DNA of 64,000 nucleotides from Octopus bimaculoides (Eukaryota): positions 108,188,910-108,252,909 of the forward strand of contig NC_068982.1 in assembly GCF_001194135.2 (NCBI RefSeq), in the 5' to 3' direction. Positions 25,669 to 39,490 of the stretch are shown here, piece by piece. Made by a program: the position numbers and the translations under genes. Within the stretch, counting starts at the first letter, position 1; each line of letters begins with the position of its first letter. The notes beneath the pieces were generated by a model. That model made no database searches and had not been told where the DNA came from. It saw nothing but the letters and a program-made list of their open reading frames with translations.

Positions 25669-25785
25669 GGAATGGAGTATGGGAAATCCCAGGCTACATA
25701 TGTTTCATAGCGAGTGGAACCTCAGAAGTGGTAAAATCCAAGTGAGGTGTATAACACCAGCTACTTTTCAGGCCAAGGATATATA
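25669..25785. mobile_element. Single-arm remnant of the MITE family at 48357-48671
   Basis: ggaatggagtatgggaaatcccaggctacatatgtttc...aacctcagaagtggtaa...ccagctacttttcaggccaaggatat aligns to the left arm at 48360-48465. Confidence 0.65.
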
Positions 25786-27370
25786 ACTTTTTTCAGCATA
25801 CCGTTCTTCAACAAAACGAAAAATACCACAGCCTTCCATCTCAGTAAACCACTATTATTCCTGAAAGTTGTTTTTTTTAATATTCACTACAGATTGCTTA
25901 AAGCTAACTTTCTTTGTACACCTCAATCCCGGGATCTTACATTGATATATATATATATATTTTTTTTTTATTATCAATAGTTAATACATCCAAAAAAGAA
26001 GCACACTCTAAAGCATTAGAGCAGTAATATATTTTTTAGGAAGTCAAAAGTTATGGCCAGTCATAGAGTGACCATTGGTTTCGCACCTATAAAGGGCTTA
26101 GCAGTATAGGTGACTCCTCAAACTCAAATGGCTTCAACAACCAGATACCTTTATTACTGCAAACCCTTACTTGTTTCCAAGTAAATAACATTTCCCATGG
26201 CTAGATATACTTTCCACTAAAGACTAGAAACAATCAGCATGGTAATGCTTGTTTACAACCATCATGTGATATCAATAAAAAAGTACACACATACATATAT
26301 ATATAGATAAGTGAAAGAAAATGGAATGAATGATGTTCTTTATTTAAAATTACAACAATTGTTTGGACACATTCTACACTCGTAGTGCATTGGTGAGATG
26401 TTGTGTAATCATTATCATCTACTTAAGGTGTAAAGTTCCCCCTCCCCAAGTGGTTGTTTAAATAAGACCTTCATTAGATCCTACTGCCATTTCACTCAGT
26501 GTGAGAATGCATACCCAAAGCTGTATGTTATTTCCAGCAGTTTATAGGCAAAACTAAACCCATAGAAATATAGTGACAGACAAAACACGATTAAAATCAA
26601 AATACAAAAGAAAGAAATAGACAAAAAAGGGGCGGGGACATCCATGTTGACTATAAATTACAATTCTATCCTTATGGTCAGATTATCTAGAAGAAAGTGC
26701 AAAACAAAATGAAGAAAATTAAGCATTTAGAGATTAAGACTGACTATTTCAGTAATTATCAACAATTTGTTTCTTTGAAGGATCTAAATTACCCTCTGTC
26801 TTTTGCGACAAAACAACTGCCTCTATTCTACACTCAAGTCAACCTCTATTTAAAGTTAGCCTTTATATCCTTTTTTGAAACAATTAGAAAACAATAAGTT
26901 AGTAGGTATCTTTACCCTCTCCCTGTATACATATTCTTCCATATACCCACCCACAAAGTGGTGTATATAGTTTTATATATGTATATATATATATATATCA
27001 TCGTCATCATCATCATTTAACGTCCACCTTCCATGCATGCATGGATATATATATATACATACACACACATGTATCTATATATATATATACACCTATATGC
27101 TTCTTACTTATATTCTTATTCTTTCAGTTTCCATCAACCAAATCCACTCACATGGCTTTGGTTAACCCAAGACAATAGTAGAAAATACTCATATATATAA
27201 AATATGGGTGTATATATGTAAGTGCGTATATATATATAGGGTGTATATCTTTATATATATACAAACGTGTATCTATATATGCACATATATATATATACTT
27301 CTTACATACATATCAATAATAATATAGGCTAGATCCAACTCACATACAAAATAGTGTATACAGTTTGATA

Positions 27371-27423
<53 letters not shown>

Positions 27424-27543
27424 GTACACACAACAGGCTTCTTTCAGACTCCATCAACCAAATCCACTCACATGGCTTTGGTTAACCCAAGGAAATAGAA
27501 AATATTCATATATATAAAATATGGGTGTGTATATGTACGTGCG

Positions 27544-27645
<102 letters not shown>

Positions 27646-28020
27646 GGCACAGGAGTGGCTGTGTTGTAAGTAGCTTGCTTACGAACCACATGGTTCCAGG
27701 TTCAGTCTCACTGCGTGGCACATTGGGCAGGTGTCTTCTACTATAGCCTCAGGCCGACCAAAGCTTTGTGAGTGGATTTGGTAGACAGAAACTGAAAGAA
27801 GCCCACCGTATATATGTGTGTCTGTGTTTGTCCCCCCCAACATCGCTAGACAACCGATGCCGGTGTGTTTACGTCCCCATAACTTATCGGTTCGGCAAAA
27901 GAGACCGATAGAATAAGTACTAGGCTTACAAAGAATAAGTCCTGGGGTCGATTTGCACGACTAAAGGCGGTGCTCCAGCAAAGCCACAGCCATATGACTG
28001 AAACAAGTTAAAGATGAAAG
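27646..28020 (+). mobile_element. tRNA-derived SINE, family A, near full length
   Basis: Head ggcacaggagtggctgtgttgtaag with a B-box-like ggttcagtctc, then core, then tail ggcggtgctccagca...gactgaaacaagttaaag. Confidence 0.9.
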
Positions 28021-28317
28021 ATATATGATAGCTGTCCGCTTGTGACTGAGGAGACCATCATTGACCATTAAGAGCATTGTGTGCTTAGACAAAATTATAC
28101 TTTGCACACTTGTGACTAAAGAGTCCATCTCTTAATAGACATCCATAGATACAGCAAACCAAAACCCCACCATTCAATATATTGGCAGTGTGTTCTTGAG
28201 CAGCTTCCTTAAGTTCAACATGATAGATGCATGTTTCTTTTAAGATACCCACTCTTTCCTTTTCTTGGTTTCTCCAATTGTGGCGATAACAAGCATTGCT
28301 TTCCCAATTGACCTTTC

Positions 28318-28348
<31 letters not shown>

Positions 28349-29014
28349 NNNNNNNNNNNNNNNNNNNNNNNNNNNNNNNNNNNNNNNNNNNNNNNNNNNN
28401 NNNNNNNNNNNNNNNNNNNNNNNNNNNNNNNNNNNNNNNNNNNNNNNNNNNNNNNNNNNNNNNNNNNNNNNNNNNNNNNNNNNNNNNNNNNNNNNNNNNN
28501 NNNNNNNNNNNNNNNNNNNNNNNNNNNNNNNNNNNNNNNNNNNNNNNNNNNNNNNNNNNNNNNNNNNNNNNNNNNNNNNNNNNNNNNNNNNNNNATAATC
28601 TCAAGAATTCTCTGGAATCAACATGCCATTGAAAAAAGGAAAAATAACCTATTTTTCTGGAGATAAAAGGATAACTGTGGACACAAGTTTCTGCCTCAAT
28701 AAGTATCATCATTTGTTCCACTTTAACTTCAGTAGATGTAAAATTTAGATATATACAAAAAGAGTAGAAAACATATATGGACTAGCATAATTAGAACAAA
28801 GATGGATTAAGAGAAATGACTCAGCGTAGAAAGTGGCATGAATTTTGTACATTAATATAAATTTTTAATTTGTTGAAATAAGTTTACCTGGTGACAATTT
28901 TGATCAACTCTGAATGAGAAGAGAAAATAATTTCAAGTATCAAGAACTTTTGTATAAGTGTGTGTGTGTATATATATATATATATGTATATAAAGAGTAA
29001 AGGGACCCCCTTCA

Positions 29015-29285
29015 ATCATGAATGACCATGGGATTGCACCTAGAAAGTTCCTCTGAGGCACAAGGTTGTTTGTGGAAGACCAGCAGTTGCCCATGCATGC
29101 ATACCAGCCTCCCCTCTCCACACACTGATGTTATCCAAGGGAAAAGCAAAGGCAGATACTTTTTGGCACCAGTGATGTCACAACTCATTTCTACAGCTGT
29201 GTGAACTGGAGTAATGTGAAATAAAGTGTCTTGCTCCAGTCCAGGAATCAAACTCACTACCTCATGCTTGTGAGCCCAATGTGCC
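29015..29285 (-). mobile_element. tRNA-derived SINE, family C, diverged
   Basis: atttctacagctgtgtgaactggagtaatgtgaaataaagtgtcttgctc...ggaatcaaactcac. The reverse strand gives a B-box-like GTTTGATTCC followed by GAGCAAGACACTT. Confidence 0.55.
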
Positions 29286-29399
29286 TTATATTATACACAC
29301 ACACATATATATATATATATATGGAAAGAGTTATACTTTGCTTAATTAGAGAGTTAGACTAGATGAGATGCACTTTGGTTTTTACCAAGGTTAAGTACT

Positions 29400-30520
29400 A
29401 CAGATGATGTCTTTTTAGTGAGACAACTGCTGAAGTACTTAGGTAAAAGCAAGCTGCTGTATTTTAGTATTTGCAAAGCCAGAGAAAACCTTTGACAGGG
29501 TCTCTTGCTCTGTGATTTGCTGGTTACTGAGGAAGTTAGGAGTAAATGAATTGTTTGTGAGAGCCATACAAGCCATGTACAGAGGAGCTTTCAACAAATT
29601 TAGTGTGTAGGTAGGAGGCTCAATTCTCTTCTATGTGTCATAGTTCTCCAGGCCAGTGCAGAGGAGTTTAAAACCAGTTGCCTGCAGAAATTTCTTTATG
29701 CTGATGATCTCATTTTTATAGATGAATGTGTAGTAGAATCAGAAATGAAAGTGTGTAGGAAAAACCTGGAATCACAGGGCCACAAAATTAACATCGCAAA
29801 GACCCTTCGGAAAACAGGCAGAACTCTGTTTTCATCAGAGAAATGGCCTTGCTCAAAATGTAGAAAAGGTGCACCCAATGTAAACTATAGACACACAAGA
29901 GATGAAGTGATATGGACAGATCAACAAAGGAAGTAGACCTGGTGGCATATATGAAGGAGCAATAAACACTAAGAGTGCATAGGAAATAAATCTCAAATTA
30001 GCAGTAGAAGGGGATATTTTGAGAATATAGTTGCTAGAACAGGTTGGAAAAAGTTCAAAGAGCTTTATCTTTGCAGGTAAGAAAAAGCTTTCTCTCTCAG
30101 AAAGAAAGGAAAATTGAATAATACTTGTATTTGAACAGCAAGGCTACATGGTAGTGAGACATAAGCCCTGAATGCAGAGAATTTGCAAAAATTACAAAGA
30201 AATGAAGCTAGAATACTCTGTTGGATAAACACAATATAAGTGTCCATTAGTGACAAAGTATCTGTTGAAAAAAATGAGGCATAAGAGGAATCAGATGTAG
30301 TGTGCAAGAGAGGAGACTGCACTGGTATGGCCATATGCTGCTTATGGATCTGGACAGCTGTATAACAAATTAGTTTTATTCCATAAAGTGGACGGAACTT
30401 GTGGAAGAGGGAGACGCAGGAAGACATGGGATTAAGTGGTGAAACCTGTTTCAGGACACTGAACTTCATGGGAAATATAATAAAGGACCAGGGTGACTGG
30501 TGATATGTGGTGTTCAAGAT
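29400..30520 (+). mobile_element. Degenerate RTE-clade LINE ORF2 fragments
   Basis: gagaaaacctttgacagggtc (EKTFDRV), ttttatgctgatgatctc (FYADDL), 'NLESQGHKINIAKT...KWPCSKCRKG', and a post-RT region with 'LHWYGHM'. Confidence 0.8.
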
Positions 30521-30699
30521 GTGCCCACCTTAGTAAAAACTGAAGTTCAGGAAGCATAATGTATAAAAGCACACAACTTAGCTCCTAGCCCAATTTCTTC
30601 CTCAAGTTGTCCACTGCCATGCCCTTATCTTTCTATGAATGATCCTTGGTGGTAGACAGAGAAATCACTATTATTATTATTACTATTCTGCTGCTTTTC

Positions 30700-31375
30700 T
30701 CCCCTTTCTGTAATGTCAATCATCATCAACTTTCCTATCTTCCCTCCAACTCATGTATCATTTACCACCCCTCCACCCTTGTCCACCATTTACTACATCA
30801 CCTATTCTTCCCTAATTCCACCAACATCAATTTGACCACTCCAGAACCTTTACTCCCTCATATTCACTTCCTCACTCCTATATCATTTCTAACTTTCCAT
30901 ACACACTCCTGCGACCTCTACCCACCCTTGCTTCCTATTTTTCAGTCCTCACTCACTTCTATTCACTTTGTTGTACCTTGAGTATCCACTCTGGCACCCA
31001 TCACCATTATTGCATCTCCCTTTCCAGCTCCACCCAAAATATTTCTACCCACTCTAAAATGTGAGTAGCCTTGTAGCTCTTCTACAGCAAGAAACCAGTT
31101 CCAGCCCCTTTTCTCATCACCAACAAAAAACCACTTCCTTCTTTACTGTAATCACATTTAGTTGAAGGGGATCTTATTCTTGCAAGCTACAAGACAGCCT
31201 TACTACTACTGGTGCGCAGAAAAAGTATGTGTACACTATGCAGCAGCTGGTGTTAGGAAATGCATCCAATCATAGAAATTATGCCAAAGCTAACATTAGA
31301 GAACAATGCAGTCCCCAAACCTGTAGGATCCAACCCGTTCCTGCATGGAAGATGGACATTAAAACATAATGGTAT
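30700..31375 (+). mobile_element. Long non-autonomous retroelement (pyrimidine-rich body plus (ATG)-tail)
   Basis: The body at 30980-31110 is an inverted homologue of 34540-34670, and the 3' tail is shared with 11270-11440. Confidence 0.5.
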
Positions 31376-31699
31376 GTTTATGTATTTATGTGTATATATG
31401 TATGTATCAATCAATGATATCATCATTTTTGCGTCTTTTCTTATACTTGCAAAGTTTGGATGTCTTTTTCAAAACAGCATTCCCCCACCTGTTGCAGCCA
31501 AATGTTATCTCCTTCATGAGGATTGACTTCTTGAGATTAACCTTCACCACTTCTGCCCATTTCTTCCTTGGTCTTCCACTTTTTCACTCATTTGTCATCA
31601 TCTATTTGCATTACATATCTAATAGTAGTATAAGTGCCTTTCTTACGCTCTACAACCAATTCCTCTTATACTCATTTTTTTTATCAACTCATCTGTCAG

Positions 31700-33170
31700 A
31701 GATAGTTAAAGAGATGCTCAACATATCTGATGAGGTAGGATATATGATTACCCCCTGGAGAATTAATGTCATAGCCAATGACCGGTGTAACAGTGTCACT
31801 GTAAATTGCTACGAAAGTAAAGGAGATGCCTTAGAGAGAGGACATTATAGAGGAATCATACTACTGGTTCAGGTCATGAAGGGTACAGAGTCATAACAAA
31901 AATGATACATGACAGAGTAGACCTACATGAGATACAGTTTGGCAAAGTACCTCGAAGAAACAGCATGGAAATAATTTTCCCAGTGAGGTAGCAGCAGGAG
32001 AAGTACATAGCAAAGAGTTAAGTACTTCTCCTAGCATTCATTGGCTTGAAAATGGCATTTGACAGGATACCATGTTCAGTAATTTAGTGATCACTAAGGA
32101 AATTAGGTGTAAATAAATGGCTTGTGAAGGTTGTACAAACTATCCATGTTCAAAGATACAGTAAGTAAAGTGAGTTAATGATTTTGGTGACAAGTTTAGC
32201 TTGAAGGTAGGAATTCATCATGATTCAGTCTTTGGTCCTCTTCTATTTATCACAATCTTACAGGCCATCACAAAGAAGTTTAAGACTGCCTGTCCATATG
32301 AACTCCTATACATCTCTGAATCTATAGTAGAATTAACGAAAAACATTCCAGCATGAAAGCTAGACCTATAATTGAGGGCCTCAAGGTAAACTTAACAAAG
32401 ACTAAGGTTTTAGTAAGTAGTAAAGCAGATAAGATCCAAGCATCTTCAGGGAAATGATCTTGCTCGATATGCAGATAAGGACTAAGTATAAACTCCATAT
32501 GCTATACCCAATGTAAGCTATGAACACAAAGGTGTAGTAGAAATACAGGTAGAAAGAAAGCTTTGTATGTGATAGGAGTATTGGAATGATATTTACTATG
32601 AGTACACTAGAAAGAAATTACCTTCAATGCCCAGATGGCTCACTAGAAATAGTTGATAGCTTTTGTTACCTAGTGGACATATTTAGCAGGGAAGTACTTG
32701 CTCTGAAAGTGTAGTCGCTAGGATAAGAAAGAGTAGGTAAAATTTCAAGGAGCTACTACCACTACTGACAGTGAAAGCCTTTTCTTTCAGAGTTAAAGGG
32801 CAGATTGTATGACACTTGTGTTAGAATTGCGAAGCTGCATGATAGAGAGACATAGGCCTTGAATGTAGAGGACTTAAGAGGAATGGAAAGAAATGAAATG
32901 AGTAATCTCAATTGGAAGTGCAATATAAGTGTGCATGAACAGCAAAGTGCATCTGTGTTGAGAAGACAATTAGGCATAAGAGGAATCAGATGTAGAGTAC
33001 TAGAAATAAGCCTGTGCTGGTATGGATGATGACACCTGTATAACAAAGTACCAATCACGTAATGTGGATGGAGCTTGCAAAAAAGGAGACCCAGGAAGAC
33101 ATGGGACAAAGTGGTGAAAGCTGATCTCAGGACCTTGAACCTCATGGAGGAGATGACAAAGGGATGGGAT
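31700..33170 (+). mobile_element. RTE-clade LINE ORF2 relic (RT domain through 3' part)
   Basis: 'EIVKEMLNISDEVGY...VNCYESKGDALERGHYRGIILLVQVMK', 'LKMAFDRIP', 'VGIHHDSVFGPLLFI', a Cys motif at ~32455-32540 and the post-RT region. Multiple stops and frameshifts. Confidence 0.9.
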
Positions 33171-34239
33171 GTCTGATTATATGTAGAACTTGAGAAGACA
33201 CTAATTTTGATAAAACTGAGATTCTAAAACATAAAGTGTATGTGTACATGCACAACTAGGTCCTTAACCTAATCTCTTCCTGAAACCATCTCTGCAGCCC
33301 TTCATCTCCTGACCCAATACAAGTGTGGTTGCTATGCAGCTTGCAAGACAAAGAGCTCCTTTGACTGAGTGGTGCTACAGTAGAGATACTAGGATATGTG
33401 AGGTTAAAATATGAAAGTAGAAGCCAGAACTGAACAGGTTTCTTGTTGTTGAGGAGCCACATAGCTACTCACATTATAGAAAAGATGGATAGGTAGATAG
33501 TCAGACAGATAAATAGATAGATAGATCTATCTGTCTGACTACCTATCTATCAGCTTATCTACCTACCTATATTTCTATCTATCCATCTCCATTGTCAATG
33601 GAACCTCACCCAAAAAAATAATGTTCTCTTCTTCTAAACAAAACCCCCCAAAAAACATGTTTTATATAAATGAACAAGTTGTTTGTACATTCACAAAATT
33701 TTATTTGACAAGTTCAAGAAACGAATGAAAATGCTAATAATAATGAAGAAATCATTTTTTTTTTTTTTCCAAAATTCTGACAACTTTTTTTCTCAATACT
33801 CAATATTCAATTTCTGTATATCACACCTAACACTCTATACATATNNNNNNNNNNNNNNNNNNNNNNNNNNNNNNNNNNNNNNNNNNNNNNNNNNNNNNNN
33901 NNNNNNNNNNNNNNNNNNNNNNNNNNNNNTATATATATATATATATATTAATAATTAGCAGAAGTAACAGAGAGACTCAAAGGCTGAGAGTTTCATGTGT
34001 TGGCATTTATCAAACTAGTTATACAATTATATATACTAACCACATGCTTGATCACTAAATTCTCTCTGTTTATTTTCTCTTATTCCTTTCTGCTGAAGAG
34101 CATAGGCTTGAAATGAGCATCAACCTAATACACCTGATATTGTTCATACACCTGTCTTCGTCTTCTGTTTTTCTGTAAATTTCAACTATATATGTAAAAA
34201 TATATATATAATATTTGTGTATCTATCTATCTATATATG

Positions 34240-35200
34240 TCATCATTATCATAATGACAATCATCATTACTCAACATCTGTCTTCCATGCTGTCATGAAT
34301 GAGATGGTTTGACAGGATCCAATGAGACAAAGGACTGCATTGAGTTCCAATGTCTGTTTTGGCATTATTTCAACAGTTGGATATTCTTACTAACACTAAC
34401 CACTTTGCAGAATGCACTGGGTGCTTTTTTCATGACACCAGCACTAGTGAGGTCACCAGGTAACTCACAAAACAAAGAAAAAATGTTTAAGTGGGATTGT
34501 AGTAGTGAGGGAGGTGGCTCCATACTAGATGCTGAGAGGCTAAATTATGAGAGAGAGACAGGCAAAGGTGTCTTTCTGTACAGGAGATGCAGGGCTACCT
34601 CACATTATATAGGGGTGGGCAGCAACTGGAAAGAAGACAATGATGTTGGTGACAAGGTGTCAAAGTATACCCTAATGATACAAGAAGGTAAGTATAAGAG
34701 TGAAGGATAGGTTATTAAGTTCCCTATAGTGTGAGAGGAGAGTGTTAGATGGTTAGAGATATGCATATAGAGGAATGCAACGAATAGAACAAAGGTGAAG
34801 TGGTATCAGTATGGTAGGGAGAGGATGAAAGAATAGGAGTGGCTCAGGAATGAGGAAGTGATAAGTGGCAGCGTGGGAAGGGAGGAGAGCATCTAGATCA
34901 GCAATGTGTGAGTGGAGGTGGGAAAGTAGGGGTGCATGGAGAGAAAGAAAGAAAGAGAGAGAGAGAGGTGTACAGTGACAGAGATGGATGTCAGAGGTAC
35001 ATAAGGTTAGTGTAAGTGGAAGACAAAGGTGAAGGGTAGGTCATCAACAGCAGATATGCTGGGGTGATGAGAACAATAGCAAATAAACGAGGTTGCACAG
35101 ATAAGGTAATGGCAGTCCTAAGATGTATCTCAAGGAAGCAGAGAAAGGGGTGATAGGTAGAAAATAAAGTGAGAATGGATGATACTGAGAATGAGGGCTA
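34240..35200 (-). mobile_element. Long non-autonomous retroelement (same family as 30700-31375), inverted
   Basis: catcattactcaacatctgtcttccatgctg tail, followed by a purine-rich body homologous to 30700-31110. Confidence 0.55.
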
Positions 35201-35544
35201 AATTTAAAAACAAAGTGGTCATCATCCATACACATGAAAGAGAAAGCTTCTATATGGCACAAAAAAAGGTTATGCGTAGATATGTTTCCTATGAACTGCA
35301 AAAAAATATAAATGACTTGTGATTGCTACATTACGTAGCATTTTAAAAGCTATATTTTTGCAATCAAAGAGCAGGAGATAATGATAAAATATCTCACAAA
35401 CGAATGGGATAACAAAGCTCTCAAAATCCCGAGATGCAGTGACAAGAGTTGATTATGTTACACTTCTATGGAGAATATGACGTATAATCAGCAGCTGGCC
35501 AAAAATGTCATCAAGGTACTACTTCCCATTGAAACATTATTTTG

Positions 35545-35760
35545 GTTTCAGTTTTTGGCACAAGGCCAGCAGTCTTGGGGTAGGGGATAAGTCAGTTACA
35601 TTGATCCCAGTGCTCAACTGGTACTTATTTTTATTGACTCCAAAAGGATGAAAAGCAAAGTCAACCATGGCAGCATTTTAATTCAGAACATAAATATGGA
35701 TGAAATGCTGCCAAGTATTTTGCCTGGCACAAGAACAATTCTGCTAGCTCACCACCTTGC
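35545..35760 (-). mobile_element. tRNA-derived SINE, family D, diverged
   Basis: The reverse strand gives aaggtggtgagctagcagaattg...ttctgaattaaatgctgccatggttgactttgcttttcatccttttggagtcaataaaaataagtaccagt, a tRNA-like head plus a conserved SINE central domain. Confidence 0.65.
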
Positions 35761-38292
35761 TGAGACATTATATTGTTGTCAAAACAATTCACAATGATAC
35801 AATGCCATCCATAGGAAAGATTGCCCTGGGATAAATATTACCAACACCTTTGTAATGGGATATATACATATCAGAACAAAGAATAATAGAGCAATATTCC
35901 TATCAAAACTTCTAATTACAACAGTTATATGGAACAGAAAAGAAAAGTCATGTGAACATCTCTTCTAAAATCAGTGAGATGGAGAATATCTAAGGGCAGC
36001 CGCTTTGAAATATGTGGTGTACTCAGTTATATTATTAAATGCCTAAACCACAATCCGGAGAAACCAGGTTTTTCAAGCAAAGAAAGAAATGGGCTAACAT
36101 GAACTTTACAATTTGTACGTGGATGAGTTAAAATATGCAAGACTTTCTTAAAGTTTAAACATATATCGTTGTAATACAAATTCATATCAATGGGGTTTAC
36201 ATGTTTATATTGGTGATAAATGTAAACTCCACCTTGATTTGAAACCAGTTCGATGAGTGCTTATGCACGAAACTCGGCACTTGCGTCACTCAGTAACTTC
36301 TGGCGATTATTAATAAAAAAAAAAACCACATTTATCTCAATTGTTTTGAGTTTTATTTTCCTGTTCGGATTACAAAACAAATATATATTTATATATATAC
36401 CATAGTATGTGTGTGTGTGAAATAAAAGAGAGGAAGGCTCATTAGCATGACATCTTTATTTGACCGCTAGACAAACGTGTTATACTCAAATACCTAACAT
36501 GGCCCAAATCGTAACAGCTTTGATGACGTAATAAGGCGCCAAACTGCTGACAACGATGGAAATTGTACTGGTGAGAAGCACGACGTCTTACGGAAGCCAC
36601 TTTCATACATAACATCTCACTTCCCATACCCTTATTTCGTTACAATATCACATGCTTACTTTACAAGTGTATATGTAACTTAGTTCAGAAAGAACGCATG
36701 TTAGATAATATAATATTACACTATTGATTGATTATGCACATACATATATTCTCGTCAAAAAGGTCTACATAGCACTTTTTATATCAAGTTTTATTCATAT
36801 AAACTCTCATGGATTACTTTCTTTCATAAATATACATTAGTGTGTCTGTGTGTGTGTGCGTGCGTGCGTGCATGTGTGTAGTCATAATATGAGGTAGGTA
36901 TCTCATCCTTTAAAATGTTTTTTTCCTCTCCCCGATGACCAAAATGGCGGAAATAAAACGGTTTTATAAATTGGATATTTATCAACTACAATCCACTAGT
37001 ATTAAACAGGCTACCGTCAACACCGACAACCTACCACCATTACCACAGTGTTTGCACTTGCATAGAAGAGAGGTTTATCTACAGTAGCTTACTGGAGATT
37101 GTCAACTGACACTTCAAGTAGGCGATAAAAATCAATAATTTCCTATAAGGCAGTGGAGAATGAAAATTAAAAGCAGTCTTTATTAATTAATCTATTCGTC
37201 TCTGTTCTGATAAATTCTTGCATATACTCAATGTTGAAACAATAAAATATTTAATATTATGTAAAACACATCAATTAAAAAAAAATCACGCATTTGAAAT
37301 TTTTTGTTAGTTTCATCTATTAATTTGTCTTGTAGCTAGCTGTCTTCTGCCTAATTCTAAGATTGTTATATCGTTATCTTGCAGGATAGAAAATATAATC
37401 TAGCTTATATTTTCTTTTTGATACATTTGGCATCTCCGAGGAACATATTTAACGAAAATTATGGTGAGGGGGTGTGCGTGTGTGTTCACTACCGTGTAGA
37501 AAGCACGAGTGCACAACTACTAGTGTAAAACGCATGTGCAAAAAGCAAAGTTTCAGGTGTGGCAGACCCCGTGTTTATTGTGCGTAGTGCGACTTGTCTC
37601 GAGGCAGCACCTGGTTTAAAGTAACACCTAGCCGTACGTTAAATTCCTGTTCATGCCAGTGTTCTTTTATTAATATCTTAAATATGTGAAAAAAAATTAT
37701 AATTGTCGAAAAGTGAAACCCCTCTCAGAAAATGAGAAAGAAGGAGAATCAACAAGGTGCAACTAGAGTGAATGTATATCTACTGGATGTACACCAGCCA
37801 CAAACTAAAGAGTATATGTTGTTCTACGAAAACACATCAGTTTTCACCCATTTATCATAACTGGAAGTGACTTCTAAAGTAAACAAGTAACGTACGTTTA
37901 ATAACAGAAAGTTTGCTGCGGGATAGGTCTAAGACAGAATCTAAACAATTAAATCGAATTTTTTTATTTACCATAATATCAAAACTTATTTTATGTAATA
38001 ACAAAACTTATTTTCTGTTAAATATTCCAATCAAACTCCGTTGTTTACTCTAAATTATAAACACTTTAATTTCATCCTTCTTAAAGCTACTTCCGGTAGC
38101 TACATTATCTCATAAAACCAAAACCTAGCCAAGGTTGCATGCGTGGCTCATTTTGATTTCAGTTAAATTTTTCATTACTCACACACATACATGTATATAG
38201 ATCATCATTTATTCCTCTGTCATATCTTTTTTTATTTTATATACACACACACACACTAGCAGCCAGTGTTGCTTGCATGTGTGAATGTATAT

Positions 38293-38695
38293 CTTTTTTG
38301 TGTTTCAGCCATTGAACTGCAGCTACACCGGAGCTTGGTCTTGAAGTGTTTTAGTCGAACGAATCGACCTCAGCCCTTTCTTTTTTAGAGCCCGCTATTT
38401 AGTCTATTGGTCTTTTCTTATGTCGAGCCAGGTTTCGGGGACGTAAACAAACCAACACCGGTTAAACAGGGGGAAACAAATACAAATGCGAGGACACAAT
38501 CATATATATATATATATAAATATATAAATATTTATATGTAGACGATTAGCTTCTTTCACTTTCTGTCAACCAAATCCACTCACGAGACTTTGGTTGACTC
38601 AAAAGCTATAGTGGAAGACTTGCCCCCCCCCCTCAAGGTACCATGCTGGGCCATTGAATCAAGAACCATGAGGAAAACTTCTTACCACAGCCACT
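38293..38695 (-). mobile_element. tRNA-derived SINE, family A, diverged
   Basis: tgtttcagccattgaactgcagc...ggggacgtaaacaaaccaacaccgg...accaaatccactcacgag...cttaccacagcc. Confidence 0.8.
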
Positions 38696-38920
38696 GTAAC
38701 CACATGTGGATTGCAAGCAATATTTTTCCTCCGTCTTCCTTTTCTCTTGGACTTTCCCCTGTCTCCTTTTTCTGACAAAGAGCTTTGCTCGAAAAGTAAA
38801 ACCTACCATTCTTTCCTTCCCTGAGTGTCTGCTAAAACTTTGCATGTACCACGTCCTCGCATCGTTTTTCTCTTGTGTTTGTTCTTCGTTTTTTTTTAAA
38901 TTTTTATATATATATATATA

Positions 38921-38962
<42 letters not shown>

Positions 38963-39140
38963 NNNNNNNNNNNNNNNNNNNNNNNNNNNNNNNNNNNNNN
39001 NNNNNNNNNNNNNNNNNNNNNNNNNNNNNNNNNNNNNNNNNNNNNNNNNNNNNNNNNNNNNNNNNNNNNNNNNNNNNNNNNNNNNNNNNNNNNNNNNNNN
39101 NNNNNNNNNNNNNNNNNNNNNNNNNNNTATATATGTATAA

Positions 39141-39490
39141 GGCGCAGGCATGGCTGTGTGGTAAGAAGCTTGCTTCACAACCACATAGTTCCTGGTTCAG
39201 TCCCACTGCATGGCACCTTGGGCAAGTGTCCTCCACTATAGCCTTGGGCCAACCAAAGCCTTGTGAGTGGATTTGGTAGATAGCAACTGAATGAAGCCCA
39301 TCGTATATATTTGTATGTGTCCCCCCCCCCCACTTTCACTCGACAACCGATGTGTTTATGTCCTCATAACTTAGTGGTTAGACTGATAGAATAAGTACTA
39401 GGCTTACAAAGAATAAGTCATGGGGTCAATTTGTTCAACTAAAGGCAGTACTCCAATATGGCCACAGTCAAATGACTGAAACAAAAGAAT
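39141..39490 (+). mobile_element. tRNA-derived SINE, family A, near full length
   Basis: ggcgcaggcatggctgtgtggtaag...ggttcagtccc...gtggatttggtag...atggccacagtcaaatgactgaaacaaaagaata. Confidence 0.9.

Noticed and set aside
36884-36910. TGAGGTAG resembling the let-7 5' end
   Set aside because: The match stops after about 8-9 nt, with no precursor-length hairpin.
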